NCBI RefSeq assembly: GCF_025567485.1
Contig: NZ_JAOQKH010000002.1
Coordinates: 70,949 to 94,948 of the forward strand
Length of the DNA: 24,000 nucleotides
Direction of reading: 5' to 3'
Origin: Porcipelethomonas ammoniilytica
GTDB lineage: Bacteria > Bacillota > Clostridia > Oscillospirales > Ruminococcaceae
In this document: positions 1 through 8,797 of the stretch, in pieces
Layout: each line of letters opens with the position of its first letter
How positions within the stretch are numbered: the stretch's first letter is position 1
Notes under the pieces: generated by a model
Told to the model about the DNA's origin: nothing
The model's input: only the letters and a program-made list of their open reading frames with translations
The model's database searches: none
Made by a program: the position numbers and the translations under genes

Positions 1-856
1 CGATAAGAATATTTCCGACAAAAGTTTTTATGTAATGCGAATCCTCAAAAAGCAATGACATATATTCAGGAATATCCGACCATTCACCATAAAGCGTTCC
101 ATTACTTATATAGTATGCCAATTGGATTCCGTCGCCGAGGAATTGTGCAAAGACAACGCATATTATAACAAGCAAAGCCATAATTGGAATTACTGATTTT
201 TTTACTTTTCCGCCAAACATGGTATACCCTTTAACTATTGCTGCACCTATAAGTGCACCCAGCCAGCCTACGAACCAGCCCAAAGCGTAAACGACAGCCC
301 ACGGAATAGCTGAAACCAATCCGAAAATAACACTGCCTAAAAGACCTTTTCCGGCGTTTGATTCAGAATTTTTAAATTCCTCTTCTTCGGCTTTAACATT
401 GTTAATAAGTGCCTGTGCACATGCACTGTGCATACAGACTGCGTGACCGCCCAGAAGTTTTTTTACTTCGTCTCCCTGCATAGGATTACCGCATTCAGGA
501 CAAATACTTTCCGGTGCACCAGAAGCTGCTACTATTGGCATAAACCAGTCAATAAAAGGTTCAAGACGCTTCATTATTCCCATTGAAACTACAAATCCTA
601 TGCTGATATAACTGTCGTTTACGTCTATAAAATCTATTTTGTACTGCTTCTGAGCGTTTGCGCTGTTTAATGCTTCAAGGATCTTACTTTTTACATCTTG
701 GTTGATAACCGTTGAAATGTACAGTTCCCTTATCATTCTGCCGTTGTTAATATCCCTCAGTGTAACAGTATAGCCGTTTAAAATGCCGTAGCAAATGTTA
801 TGTGAAATTTTCATTCCCTTTTTAACAGCCAATTTTTTTAAATCTGAATTTACCAC
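1..856 (-). CDS. hypothetical membrane protein with a Cys-rich zinc-ribbon-like motif; C-terminus runs off the window
   Basis: Open minus-strand frame from GTG 854-856 to the window edge, with GGAGGG at 864-869 seven nt upstream; TTG 857-859 is an alternative start. It is absent from the ORF track because no stop lies inside the window. My translation reads VVNSDLKKLAVKKGMKISHNICYG...ICPECGNPMQGDEVKKLLGGHAVCMHSACAQAL. Hydrophobic segments follow (GLLGSVIFGLVSAIPWAVVYALGWFVGWLGALIGAAIV; VIPIMALLVIICVVFAQFL). No family recognised. Confidence 0.6.
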   Translation of the reverse strand, partial: MVNSDLKKLAVKKGMKISHNICYGILNGYTVTLRDINNGRMIRELYISTVINQDVKSKILEALNSANAQKQYKIDFIDVNDSYISIGFVVSMGIMKRLEPFIDWFMPIVAASGAPESICPECGNPMQGDEVKKLLGGHAVCMHSACAQALINNVKAEEEEFKNSESNAGKGLLGSVIFGLVSAIPWAVVYALGWFVGWLGALIGAAIVKGYTMFGGKVKKSVIPIMALLVIICVVFAQFLGDGIQLAYYISNGTLYGEWSDIPEYMSLLFEDSHYIKTFVGNILI

Positions 857-931
857 CAATAATCCCTCCATTATTTTAATATATTTATATTAACACATTT
901 TAATAAATATGTCAATATTCGACATTAAAAT

Positions 932-970
932 AAAAAAAGAACATCTTCATAATCGCTTATAAAGACGTTC
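932..970 (-). terminator. rho-independent terminator downstream of the ferredoxin gene
   Basis: On the minus strand, GAACGTCTT pairs with AAGATGTTC (9 bp, one G-U) and is followed by a run of 7 U (plus-strand A-run 932-938). Confidence 0.7.
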
Positions 971-985
971 TTTTTATAAATAGAA

Positions 986-1222
<237 letters not shown>

Positions 1223-1257
1223 TTAAAAAAAAGCAAGAGTTTTTTTAAAATTGATGA

Positions 1258-1286
1258 TTGACAAATTCTTTATAAAGGTATACTAT
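1258..1286 (+). promoter_or_regulatory. sigma-A type promoter for the amidohydrolase gene
   Basis: TTGACA (1258-1263), 17-nt spacer, TACTAT (1281-1286), about 35 nt upstream of ATG 1322. Confidence 0.55.
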
Positions 1287-1321
1287 AAAAAAGGTAATTT
1301 TAAAGTTAAGGGTGATATAAA

Positions 1322-2119
1322 ATGATCATAGATTTTCATACGCATGCGTTTTCTGAAAAAATCGTAGAGAAGGCAATGAGTAAGCTAACAGCTACTTCAG
1401 GTATGAAGCCGTATACAGACGGAACAGTAAACGGACTTCTTGAAATAATGAATAATTCGGGAGTTGATAAATCGGTAGTTCTGCCTATTGCTACGAAACC
1501 GTCTCAGCAGAGGATTGTAAATAGTTGGGCAAAGGAGATAATGTCCGACAAAATATATGCTTTTGGGAGCGTGCATCCTGATGCAGAGGACGCTCTTGAA
1601 GAACTTGACAGAATAAAAGAATCGGGGCTTTACGGTGTTAAGCTGCATCCGGATTATCAGAATTTTTTTGCTGATGATGAGAAGGCATTTCCCATATATC
1701 AAAAATGTTCTGATCTTGGTCTTATGATCGTTTTTCATGGAGGCTATGATCCAATGTGCGATGTTATTCATGGTAGTCCTAAAGCATTTGCAGAAATTCA
1801 TAAGAAATTTCCGGATCTTACTATGGTACTTGCTCATCTGGGAGGAATGTACCGCTGGGAACAGACTGAACGTATTATTGCCGGAACAGACGGTAATGTT
1901 TATCTTGATGTAAGCTGTATTGCAGGAGAAATCGGACAGGATATTCTGAAAAGAATTATTGAAAAGCATGGTACAGATAGAATCTTATTTGCCAGCGATT
2001 GTCCGTGGGATGATCCGGCAAATGAAATAAAAATGATTAACGCTTTGGATATTTCTCAGGAGGATAAGGAAAAAATATTTTATAAAAATGCTGCCGGACT
2101 GCTGGGAATAAAGTGCTAA
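1322..2119 (+). CDS. metal-dependent hydrolase of the amidohydrolase superfamily (Amidohydro_2 / TatD-like TIM barrel)
   Basis: 265-aa ORF. It has the N-terminal IDFHTH metal-binding signature, internal VFHGG and LAHLGG His motifs and a late FASDCPW Asp. RBS AAGGGTGA lies upstream. Confidence 0.75.
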   Translation: MIIDFHTHAFSEKIVEKAMSKLTATSGMKPYTDGTVNGLLEIMNNSGVDKSVVLPIATKPSQQRIVNSWAKEIMSDKIYAFGSVHPDAEDALEELDRIKESGLYGVKLHPDYQNFFADDEKAFPIYQKCSDLGLMIVFHGGYDPMCDVIHGSPKAFAEIHKKFPDLTMVLAHLGGMYRWEQTERIIAGTDGNVYLDVSCIAGEIGQDILKRIIEKHGTDRILFASDCPWDDPANEIKMINALDISQEDKEKIFYKNAAGLLGIKC

Positions 2120-2201
2120 AACGACCTTTTTTATACTATTGACTAATTATTTTTATTATGTTAAAATATCTCTATACATTATTGATTAAAGGAGATTCCA
2201 A

Positions 2202-2861
2202 ATGAAAAGATTTTTTACGGGTATTATAGCGTCGATCGTTGTAGCCGCTGCTTTTACAGGATGTAATGAAGTGAAAAAAGAAAATTATGTTACCTATAGT
2301 ACTTCTGACAGCTCAAGCGTTCAGCAGAATAGTAATGATAATACAGATACTGATTATCCTGAAACCGCCGATTGGTCAACGCTTACATTTGGTATAGATT
2401 CAGTTTTTTATACGCCGGAATTTAATTACAAGGATCTTACTGATATAGGTTGGTCCTTTGACCCCTCTAATTATGGATTAGAGGATTGTACCTTGAATTC
2501 TGAGATTAGATTATCATGCGATGTTTATTTGAATCATGAGGGCGTTGACGAGGGCGTATTGGCAGTTGGATTTGCAAACGTCGGTCAGGAAGAGGTTCCG
2601 CTTGCAGATTGTCAGATATGGGCTGTAAAGGTTGAAATAAAGGATAAGACAAATTATCCTCAGTTTGCAGTTCCCGGTAACGTAAAATGGAATGCGTCAA
2701 TAGATGACGTCAAAGGGGCACTGGGGGAACCGTCTGAATCAAACCGTGACGAATCGCAGGGTTCTACAGAATTGATTTACAATAAGGACGGAGCATATAT
2801 AGTTCATTATTATGTCTATGACGACGGCGGAATGATGAAATTCTGGATTGAAAAGTATTAA
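2202..2861 (+). CDS. hypothetical secreted lipoprotein
   Basis: 219-aa ORF with RBS AAGGAG upstream. The signal peptide ends in the lipobox-like AAAFTG-C, followed by an S/N/D-rich linker. No family recognised. Confidence 0.6.
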   Translation: MKRFFTGIIASIVVAAAFTGCNEVKKENYVTYSTSDSSSVQQNSNDNTDTDYPETADWSTLTFGIDSVFYTPEFNYKDLTDIGWSFDPSNYGLEDCTLNSEIRLSCDVYLNHEGVDEGVLAVGFANVGQEEVPLADCQIWAVKVEIKDKTNYPQFAVPGNVKWNASIDDVKGALGEPSESNRDESQGSTELIYNKDGAYIVHYYVYDDGGMMKFWIEKY

Positions 2862-2867
2862 AATTAA

Positions 2868-2903
2868 ATGGAACGCTTTTTATTGAAAGGCGTTCCATTT
2901 TTA
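2868..2903. terminator. bidirectional hairpin terminator between convergent genes
   Basis: ATGGAACGC (2868-2876) pairs with GCGTTCCAT (2890-2898) and is followed by TTTTTATT on the plus strand. It sits between the stop at 2861 (+) and the stop at 2910 (-). Confidence 0.75.
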
Positions 2904-2909
2904 TTGATT

Positions 2910-3515
2910 TCAGCTTTCGTATTTTCTTACCCGCAAAGGAATACTCAGTTTATCGGCGATTTCCTGAGCTGCTGCAATTTCTTCGCTGCCGATTACGTCA
3001 ACTACTGTAAAAACAACTGTTTTAACATACTTTTTGCAGTCGATAGCAAATCTTTGCATTGCTTCAAAGGATTTATCGCCGAATGAAGGACGTGTGACTT
3101 TTAAATATTCTTCCTTTGTTCCTGCATTCAGGCTTATTGAAACAATGTCGCAAAGTCCTTGAAGCTTATAAGCAACAGGTTTGCCGTGAATAAGGTCGGC
3201 TAAGCCGTTGGTGTTTAATCTTATTGGAGGACCGTCGTTTTTCTTTATAAATGACGCTGCGGCAGTCAAGGAGTCAAGTCTTTCAGTAGGTTCGCCGTAT
3301 CCGCAGAAAACTATTTCTTTATAATTTTTGAAATTGTGTTCTTTCAGCGCTTGTATAATTTCCTGATCTGACGGATCATGTTCCAGCCACAGACTGTCTG
3401 AGCCGTATGCGCCGTCGCCGTTATTTCTGATACAAAAGGTACAGCTGCATGGACATTTGTTTGTCAGATTAACGTATAAATTATTTCCTACCTCATATAC
3501 TATTGTCATAGCCAT
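2910..3515 (-). CDS. small radical SAM protein, resembling the TatD-family-associated radical SAM group
   Basis: 201 aa. CxxxCxxC motif in LTNKCPCSCTFCIRN near the N-terminus, and a GYGEP glycine-rich SAM motif. The size and N-terminal pattern (IVYEVGNNLYVNLTNKC) match my recollection of TIGR04038-type proteins. The subfamily call is less certain than the superfamily call. Confidence 0.7.
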   Translation of the reverse strand: MAMTIVYEVGNNLYVNLTNKCPCSCTFCIRNNGDGAYGSDSLWLEHDPSDQEIIQALKEHNFKNYKEIVFCGYGEPTERLDSLTAAASFIKKNDGPPIRLNTNGLADLIHGKPVAYKLQGLCDIVSISLNAGTKEEYLKVTRPSFGDKSFEAMQRFAIDCKKYVKTVVFTVVDVIGSEEIAAAQEIADKLSIPLRVRKYES

Positions 3516-3543
3516 AATAATTTTTTCCTTTCTGTTTTAAGAT

Positions 3544-3568
3544 AAAGGACGGCATAAAGCCGTCCTTT
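3544..3568 (-). terminator. GC-rich hairpin immediately after the YfhO stop codon (probable terminator or attenuator)
   Basis: AAAGGACGGC (3544-3553) pairs with GCCGTCCTTT (3559-3568), a 10-bp perfect stem with a 5-nt loop. The U-tail on the minus strand is poor (UAUCUU). Only ~54 bp separate it from the radical SAM start, so read-through is possible. Confidence 0.5.
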
Positions 3569-3569
3569 T

Positions 3570-6548
3570 TTATCTTTTCTTTTTCTTTTTGCCGTTTTTA
3601 TTTTTAGAATTGTTTTTTGCAGAAGCAGTATTAATATTAGTTCCCTTATTTACTGTTTTTATTTCAGATTTTTGATTTTCGGATTTATTTTCTGATGAAA
3701 CAACAGTCGGATACATTTTTGCACGGTATCTTTCAATAAGAATTTTATTGTTCTTTTTATCATATCTGTAAACAAATACAATACAGATGATACCGATCAG
3801 CAATGCGCCGAATCCGGGAATAAGTCCCGGAGGAGTATAAGTCATTTCAACAGTATGATCTCCCGGTTCAAGTTCAATACCTATAAGCGCTTTTACCAGA
3901 CAGATAGGCTCGACCTTTTTGCCGTCGACCTTTATTGTCCAGCCGTCCTCGTAAGGAATGCTTGTCATCATTATCTGATTTTCTCCGGCAGTAATTGTAC
4001 CCTTAAGATGGCGGCCGCCGTATTCGGTTAAATTCCACTGATTCTGCTTGATTTTATCTATATCCTGCTGGAAAAGTTCCTCGTCAAAGGTGTAGAACTG
4101 GAAATCCTGTACGACTGTATATTCGTTTGCGACAGTCATTCTGAGTTCAAATTCCTGTCCTGGGGCGACATCTCCCAGATATGAGCTGAGATTAATAGTA
4201 TGATAGTCATGATTTTCAAAATATGCACTTACGAATCTGTGGTTAATATATTCACCGTTTTCATCTTTTTCGGTACTTAGCCACAGGTTAACTGATTTCT
4301 GGACTTCAGTATTTAAGAACATATAAATAGGTTCTTCCGACGGAACGGTAATATGCATATTTACTGTAGGATCTCCCTCGCCGGCAGTATACATTGTCTG
4401 CTCTGCCGTTGCTGTGTTGTAAGGGGAAGTTGTAACGTTATTTAAAATAAATGAGTTGGGGTCAACGTCAATTCTTTTGAAGTATTCATGGTAGCTGTCA
4501 AATGTTCCTTCATTAAGATTTATGTCGGTATATCCGGCAATTGTACTCATAAAAATATTTTGACTTGTAAAAATATTGCCGTTTCCAAGCTTTTCAACAT
4601 ATCTTATATTTGAATCGGACATATAACCCAGCGCCAGCGCATTAGGATTCTGATAAACGTCAATTACAGTATCTTTGCCGTTTTCATCAACATAGTTATA
4701 GGCGAAAACAGGTTCATACGATTCATTGGTAAGGCGAACTGCATTATCATCTCCTACGGTATTTCTGTCCATGGAGTATTTAATACCGAGAAGAGAATCG
4801 GAAATAGGTGTATTTCCGTCATATCTGGTATAATATGTACTTGCTGAATATCCAAGGGCTTCTATAAATTTAAGAAGCGGAGCGTTCATAACGGAGCTTG
4901 AATGGCTGATGCCTCTGAGTCCGAAAGCGGAATTATCGTTTACTGTTCTGTGGAAGGTTTTTTCAGCTCTGTAAAAGCTTGGGTCATAATTATAGAGCTG
5001 CTGGGTAACTTCACGTCCGTTATTTATAAAATTATACCATGACGTATGAGTTGAATATATAAGATCGGCATCTTCATCTTTAAAAGTATTGTAGCTGTTG
5101 TAAATAAGTTCCCCGCCTGATACGGCTAGAATTATAACAGGGGCGGTTACTGCCATAAGTTTTTCCTTGTTTCTGAATGCGATTATGATAAGGCAGTAAA
5201 CCACAGCCAATACTCCGGCTATAACTATTTCAGTTGTTGTGAGATGTTCTGATTTTCTGGATACGGCTATTGCAAGGAACGCTATAACACAGAACAGCGA
5301 ACCTCCGATACCGGAAGCCTTGATTCCGTCAAGCTTTGAAAACGCCGCCGCACCCATAAGGAGCAATACGAAGGAGAAAGTAAAGGAGTATCGGAACGGC
5401 AGCCAGTTAGGAACCTGAAAACCGTGCCATATAATGTCCAGAGGACGAATGTACATGCTTAAGAAAAGTACTGCAAGAAGTGCGGAATATCCGATTTTTT
5501 TGTTAAGTGAAATTTTATTGTTCAGATAAAAAATCGGGAGCAGTAAAACGGTAAGCATACCGCAGTAAATTTCCGGCAGTCCTTCAGTATCTACAGTATC
5601 ATACTGTGCTGGAAGCAGCTGAGGTAAGAAGTTCAGCGGCGAGAACTGTGTTGCAAATGAGAAATCCGGAGTTGAGAATTCAAATTTACCAAGCTGAAGA
5701 GCTTTGTAAACCGGGATTATCATGAATGCCGAACACAATAGAGCAACGCCTGTACTTCCGGCAAAGCGCAGGAAAGTTTTCCAGTAATCATTGGCTTTAA
5801 ATTTTCTGCCGATTTCATTTCTTCCTGAAAAGATATAGAAAACAAAATAAAGAAATGTGAAAATACCTACGATATATCCGATATAGAAGTTGGAAATAAA
5901 CATAATTGCCAGAGGAATTATGAAATTCAGCTTTCTTCCGTCATCTACAAGATATTCAACCCCAAGTATAATAAGAGGCAGCAGAAAAACGCCGTCTAAC
6001 CACATAGGGTTCATAGCCTGAATTACTCCGTAAGCGCAAAGTGCATAAAGAGTGGAGAATATAACAGTCTGAAGCGGAGGCATTTTCTTTGATTTTTGCA
6101 GATAATAACTGAAAGTTACCCCTGCTGTACCCAGTTTTGCAAGTATCATTATCTGTAAGCTGCCCAACAGCATAGTTCTTGGAAGAAGCATTACAATAAG
6201 AGTAAACGGACTTGCAAGGTAGTAACCGATAATTCCGATATAGCCTCCTGAAAGGTTTCTGGACCAGTTGTATAGAATACTTTCTTCTCCCCAGAATGCA
6301 TCACGGAGAGCTTCAAAGTAATAAACATACTGACCGTTAAGGTCTAAAACCAAGACCGATTCCTCACCGAAAGGATAAACTTTAAACATAGCGTATGCGA
6401 TATACATTATAATTACAGGTATAGCAAACGCCAGAAAATATAATTTGTTTCGGATAAACCAGCCGCCCAGAAAGCTGAAAAAGTTTTTGAAAGACAATTT
6501 TTCTTTTGGGACTGACGGTTTATTTTTTGCTGTAGATAAACCAGCCAT
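3570..6548 (-). CDS. YfhO-family polytopic membrane protein (GT-C-like extracytoplasmic glycosyltransferase for cell-envelope polymers)
   Basis: 992 aa with RBS AAGGAGGAAC upstream. There are many N-terminal TM helices, a large soluble middle/C-terminal domain, one C-terminal TM helix and a Lys-rich tail. The N-terminal PFGEESVLVLDLNGQYVYYF pattern is typical of YfhO proteins. Confidence 0.75.
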   Translation of the reverse strand: MAGLSTAKNKPSVPKEKLSFKNFFSFLGGWFIRNKLYFLAFAIPVIIMYIAYAMFKVYPFGEESVLVLDLNGQYVYYFEALRDAFWGEESILYNWSRNLSGGYIGIIGYYLASPFTLIVMLLPRTMLLGSLQIMILAKLGTAGVTFSYYLQKSKKMPPLQTVIFSTLYALCAYGVIQAMNPMWLDGVFLLPLIILGVEYLVDDGRKLNFIIPLAIMFISNFYIGYIVGIFTFLYFVFYIFSGRNEIGRKFKANDYWKTFLRFAGSTGVALLCSAFMIIPVYKALQLGKFEFSTPDFSFATQFSPLNFLPQLLPAQYDTVDTEGLPEIYCGMLTVLLLPIFYLNNKISLNKKIGYSALLAVLFLSMYIRPLDIIWHGFQVPNWLPFRYSFTFSFVLLLMGAAAFSKLDGIKASGIGGSLFCVIAFLAIAVSRKSEHLTTTEIVIAGVLAVVYCLIIIAFRNKEKLMAVTAPVIILAVSGGELIYNSYNTFKDEDADLIYSTHTSWYNFINNGREVTQQLYNYDPSFYRAEKTFHRTVNDNSAFGLRGISHSSSVMNAPLLKFIEALGYSASTYYTRYDGNTPISDSLLGIKYSMDRNTVGDDNAVRLTNESYEPVFAYNYVDENGKDTVIDVYQNPNALALGYMSDSNIRYVEKLGNGNIFTSQNIFMSTIAGYTDINLNEGTFDSYHEYFKRIDVDPNSFILNNVTTSPYNTATAEQTMYTAGEGDPTVNMHITVPSEEPIYMFLNTEVQKSVNLWLSTEKDENGEYINHRFVSAYFENHDYHTINLSSYLGDVAPGQEFELRMTVANEYTVVQDFQFYTFDEELFQQDIDKIKQNQWNLTEYGGRHLKGTITAGENQIMMTSIPYEDGWTIKVDGKKVEPICLVKALIGIELEPGDHTVEMTYTPPGLIPGFGALLIGIICIVFVYRYDKKNNKILIERYRAKMYPTVVSSENKSENQKSEIKTVNKGTNINTASAKNNSKNKNGKKKKKR

Positions 6549-6601
6549 TTTGTTCCTCCTTATTTTTTACAGCCAACGGCTGAAATTCATAGATATTAAC
6601 T

Positions 6602-6630
6602 ATTATACAATATTTTTGTTCATTTTACAA
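6602..6630 (-). promoter_or_regulatory. sigma-A type promoter for the YfhO gene
   Basis: On the minus strand: TTGTAA (6630-6625), 17-nt spacer, TATAAT (6607-6602). A leader hairpin CAGCC-GTT-GGCTG follows at 6571-6583. Confidence 0.6.
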
Positions 6631-6680
6631 TAGGAAATGAAAAAATCTACAAAAATTATAACAAATAAACTGGTTTTTTA

Positions 6681-8345
6681 TCATTTTAGATTGCATATTT
6701 CCATAAATCTATTTAACGCATCTTCATTATACTGTGCATAATCAACATTCATCGGCTTTATTTTACCGTTTACAAACATGTTTATGCCGGAAAGTATTCC
6801 CTCAATATCGTCAGGCACGAGCAGTCCGCCGTGTTCTTTCATAAATCCTCTCGGACCGTCAATGTCTGTTGCAAAAACAGGAATGCCTAAAGTGTCTGCT
6901 TCAAGCAGAACCAGACCCAGTCCTTCGTATCTGGACGGCAGCATAAATAAATCGCATTTATTCAGTACAGGCATAGGATTTTCCATTGATTTGATAAGAA
7001 TAATTTCAGCTTTGCAGCTTTCGGCGTATTTCAGCGTTTCTTCGTAAAGCTCTCCTCTGCCGCCGATAATAATAAGACAGCTTTCTGAATGACTTTTATA
7101 AAATTCCTCAAAGGCGTCTATAAGACGTATATGTGCTTTTTCTGTGGAAAAGCGTCCTATTGTTATAAATTTCAGTTTTTCGGACGCAAGTAAATCCTGA
7201 AGCTGTTCCAAAGTTACATTTGATTCCGTTTCCTGCTGAAATTCTATGGGAAGACGTGATTTTTCCAGTACTCTCTCATAATTGTGGCAGTTTGGGACAA
7301 CAGTGAAATTTTCACCGTTTCCGCCGCTGATTTCCAGTGCGGAGCGGCGCATGTCCTCTGTTACAAGCGCAACAGTATCGTATTCACGGTACGCTTTTTG
7401 CAATGTTTTATAATGTTGATTTTTTCTTAAATTTATTTCCTCGGTCATATTGTTGTGCACATATATGATGCGTTTTCCCTCAAAACATCTGAACATATTT
7501 ATAACGCCGTATTCATATCCCGTAAACTGAATAGCGCAGCTGACATCTGTACTTCCGAAAAGTCTTTTCCATTCTCTTTTATAAAGGCGGTCTATACGGT
7601 TTTCAATAAAACGGTTAGAAATATTAAGTTTAAAGTAAAGTATATAGCATAAAAATTCACTTATTGTATACTGAGTTTTTCCCGACATCGGAATACAATG
7701 AAATTCATTCGGAATCTTTTTGAGATTGTCCGGAGTTTTTCTAACCGACTCTTCACGGTAAGTTATATAAAAATTATCTGAAAGGTTTTTAAGTCCGGAA
7801 AGCAGACTCAGAAGCGAAGCGGTAAGACCGTTTTGAGCAAGAGAGCCGGAGTAAATAAGTGTTCGATTTTCATTTTTATAAATACATTTTCCTTTTGGGT
7901 TGTTGCCGCTGAGAATTTTATTAACGGTTTCCGAACCGCCGTTTATAACAGTACCTTTATAAATACCGTTAAGCTGAAAGTTTTTTATTATTTCCGCTTC
8001 TGTTTTGCAGTCAGGACAGATAATGTAATCCGACATCAGAAGTGTTCTCTGCATTTTTCCGAAGAAAACGGAACTCTCATATTTGGGTAAGCAGATGATT
8101 TTTTGACCGTCTTTTTTAATAAAAAAGTCCGGAAGAACTCCGGAGGTAATTATAAATTCACAGGAAGAAAGATTTTTAAGAGACATTTTTTTGAAAATCG
8201 TAATATTTTTCAGGCAATCATTTGAAATGTCGCTTTCGCCGTACAGCAATGCAGTTTCTTTGTTTATTTCCTTTTTCAGCATACGCTGATATCGGCTTTG
8301 TAAAAATATACTTTTTAAAAGTACGGATATTGATCTTAAATTCAA
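6681..8345 (-). CDS. glycosyltransferase, GT-B fold / family 4 (TagE-like), with a long uncharacterised N-terminal region
   Basis: The C-terminal region carries an ExxxxxxxE motif (EGLGLVLLE), plus GIPVFATD and FMLPSRYEG. I prefer the in-frame TTG at 8343-8345, preceded by AAGGAG with 6-nt spacing. The ORF-track ATG at 8387 lies inside the palindrome that starts the repeat array and has no RBS. Confidence 0.75.
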   Translation of the reverse strand: MNLRSISVLLKSIFLQSRYQRMLKKEINKETALLYGESDISNDCLKNITIFKKMSLKNLSSCEFIITSGVLPDFFIKKDGQKIICLPKYESSVFFGKMQRTLLMSDYIICPDCKTEAEIIKNFQLNGIYKGTVINGGSETVNKILSGNNPKGKCIYKNENRTLIYSGSLAQNGLTASLLSLLSGLKNLSDNFYITYREESVRKTPDNLKKIPNEFHCIPMSGKTQYTISEFLCYILYFKLNISNRFIENRIDRLYKREWKRLFGSTDVSCAIQFTGYEYGVINMFRCFEGKRIIYVHNNMTEEINLRKNQHYKTLQKAYREYDTVALVTEDMRRSALEISGGNGENFTVVPNCHNYERVLEKSRLPIEFQQETESNVTLEQLQDLLASEKLKFITIGRFSTEKAHIRLIDAFEEFYKSHSESCLIIIGGRGELYEETLKYAESCKAEIILIKSMENPMPVLNKCDLFMLPSRYEGLGLVLLEADTLGIPVFATDIDGPRGFMKEHGGLLVPDDIEGILSGINMFVNGKIKPMNVDYAQYNEDALNRFMEICNLK

Positions 8346-8369
8346 ATTCTGCTCCTTTCTCCTACTTTT

Positions 8370-8690
8370 TTGAAAAAAAGTAGGCAAAAAACTTTAATAT
8401 CGTTTTTAGTATGATGATATAATGTTGTATAAGGCCCGACAGGTAAGTAAACAGAGGATTAAAGGAAAAAATTTGAAAAAAAGTAGGCAAAAAACTTTAA
8501 TATCGTTTTTAGTATGATGATATAATGTTGTATAAGGCCCGACAGGTAAGTAAACAGAGGATTAAAGGAAAAAATTTGAAAAAAAGTAGGCAAAAAATTT
8601 TAATATCGTTTTTAGTATGATGATATAATGTTGTATAAGGCTCGACAGGTAAGTAAACAGAGAATTGAAGGAAAAATTTGAAAAAAGCTT
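8370..8690 (+). repeat. tandem direct repeat array, 3 full units of 103/103/102 bp plus the start of a fourth
   Basis: Units start at 8370, 8473, 8576 and 8678 (TTGAAAAAAAGTAGGC...). Units 1 and 2 are identical by eye. Unit 3 differs by 4 substitutions and 1 single-base deletion. Each unit carries TTGAAA-17nt-TTTAAT and an exact extended -10 TGATATAAT. Confidence 0.95.
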
Positions 8691-8709
8691 ATAAAACTTT
8701 TCATGTTCA

Positions 8710-8797
8710 TTTCTTGTCTCGCAACAAGAAACGAACCAAAGAAATGCGTCCTTTACTTTCTTTCATGTGAAAGAAAGTAAAGCAAAGAAAAACTTTG
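8710..8797. other. cluster of three hairpins/palindromes inside a degenerate beta-like repeat unit
   Basis: H1 at 8710-8731 is TTTCTTGT-ctcgca-ACAAGAAA. H2 at 8751-8782 is CTTTACTTTCTTTCA-tg-TGAAAGAAAGTAAAG (15-bp perfect arms). H3 at 8783-8797 is CAAAG-aaaaa-CTTTG. The AAGAAA motif recurs throughout. Confidence 0.85.

Noticed and set aside
1397-1969. 190-aa minus-strand ORF antisense to the amidohydrolase gene
   Set aside because: It is an antisense shadow ORF with an I/F/N/K-rich composition typical of the reverse frame of AT-rich coding DNA. The sense-strand protein has clear family motifs.
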